From assembly GCA_964535825.1 (NCBI GenBank), contig CAZHUC010000004.1:6928-70927 (forward strand): DNA of 64,000 nt, read 5' to 3'. The stretch is from an uncultured Rickettsiales bacterium. GTDB taxonomy: Bacteria > Pseudomonadota > Alphaproteobacteria > Rickettsiales > SXRF01. Made by a program: the position numbers and the translations under genes. Of this stretch, positions 63,295-64,000 are shown piece after piece. A model generated the notes under the pieces. The model was not told the DNA's origin. It did no database searches and saw only the letters and a program-made list of their open reading frames with translations. Position 1 is the stretch's first letter. Each line of letters begins with the position of its first letter.

Positions 63295-64000
63295 TGCGCC
63301 ACTTCACTGATCTGTCTGCACTTACAGGCGATGATATCCGCCAGTTGCTGACACGCGCCTCTGAGCTGAAACAGGAAAGAAAAGCAGGAAAAATAAAGCC
63401 ACTGCTTGCCGGCAAGAAACTTGCGATGATCTTTGAAAAGAATTCCACCCGCACGCGCGTGTCTTTCGAGGTGGGCATTCTGGAGCTTGGTGGTTACCCC
63501 ATCGCGATGAGTGGCAATGAACTGCAGCTTGGCAGAGGAGAGACCATCGGTGATACGGCGCAGGTATTGTCGCGTTATGTCGATGGCATCATGCTGCGCT
63601 GCCACGACCATTCAAAATTATTGGAGCTGGCAGAAAACTCAACCGTACCAGTCATCAATGGTCTTACCGAGTTCAGCCATCCTTGCCAGATACTGGCCGA
63701 TATACTGACGTTCGAAGAACATCTGGGTAATATCAAAGGCAAAACGATCGCATGGATCGGTGATGGTAATAATGTCGCGCAAAGCTGGATTCAGGCAGCG
63801 GCACTGCTGGGCTTCTCGATGAAGCTGGCCTGCCCGAAGAAACTTCGGCCATTGCCAGAAGTGGTGGAGTGGGCGAAAGCGCGCGGGGCAAGTATCGAAG
63901 TGGTAGAAGACCCAAAACTGGCTGCCGCGGGTGCACATGCCGTGACCACTGACACATGGGTTTCTATGGGTGATCCGGATGCCGATGCGCAAATAGCGCT
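63294..64000 (+). CDS. argF: Ornithine carbamoyltransferase, 3'-truncated by window edge
   Basis: Not in the ORF track because there is no stop in the window. My manual translation from the ATG at 63294 (TGATG overlap with argD) gives MRHFTDL...FEKNSTRTRVSFE...HPCQILAD...TDTWVSMG. Confidence 0.9.
   Translation, partial: MRHFTDLSALTGDDIRQLLTRASELKQERKAGKIKPLLAGKKLAMIFEKNSTRTRVSFEVGILELGGYPIAMSGNELQLGRGETIGDTAQVLSRYVDGIMLRCHDHSKLLELAENSTVPVINGLTEFSHPCQILADILTFEEHLGNIKGKTIAWIGDGNNVAQSWIQAAALLGFSMKLACPKKLRPLPEVVEWAKARGASIEVVEDPKLAAAGAHAVTTDTWVSMGDPDADAQIA

Noticed and set aside
1-64000. CRISPR arrays, IS elements or transposases, prophage genes, toxin-antitoxin pairs and known anti-phage defence gene sets.
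   Set aside because: I found no regularly spaced direct repeats and no ORF with transposase, integrase, Cas, restriction-modification, Abi or NTPase-nuclease signatures. The candidate novel systems in this window are biosynthetic or modification loci.

Overview
This is a compact, gene-dense chromosomal segment of alphaproteobacterial type. The taxonomic call is an inference from three things: the miaB-phoH-ybeY-corC-lnt-HTH-metK-trmB synteny, the DUF1150 and alpha-restricted membrane families, and a TTAA-N7-TTAA CtrA-type box. Many neighbouring genes overlap by 1 or 4 nt.

Most of the window is housekeeping:
- dapA (5' partial), smpB, and a complete biotin cluster (bioA, bioB / bioF-H-C-D)
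- tsaB, miaB-phoH-ybeY-corC-lnt, metK, trmB, metZ, queE-queC
- lolA-ftsK, SRP RNA-dnaX-ybaB-recR, aguB-aguA
- purB, pheST, rplT-rpmI, and argD-argF (3' partial)

I support two RNA genes: a 4.5S/SRP RNA upstream of dnaX and a tRNA-Met(CAU). I found no CRISPR array, no transposase or integrase, and no recognisable phage-defence system.

Three accessory patches stand out:
1. About 40.5-51.6 kb, next to the tRNA. This is an 11-gene glycan/protein-modification locus. It combines a DegT aminotransferase, a SEC-C+TPR+GT41 glycosyltransferase, a FemAB-like acyltransferase, an Stf0 sulfotransferase and methyltransferases. It also has a stand-alone NRPS-type adenylation enzyme with its own carrier protein, an SDR and a NeuD-type acyltransferase. 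It has no sugar-activation or export genes. This is my best candidate for an undescribed system.
2. 32.3-36.8 kb. A four-gene coupled operon encodes DprE1-like and DprE2-like proteins, a GT-C membrane glycosyltransferase and an alpha/beta hydrolase. This looks like a D-arabinofuranose-type donor pathway, which is unusual outside Corynebacteriales. The DprE2-like gene appears to start at CTG. An orphan cpaA with a CtrA-type box is divergent from the operon.
3. 60.5-62.0 kb. A diverged duplicate of the 3' end of an ABC-2 permease gene brackets a small secreted Cys protein and lies next to an ankyrin-repeat protein.

All homology statements come from motif recognition by eye and recalled reference sequences, not from searches.
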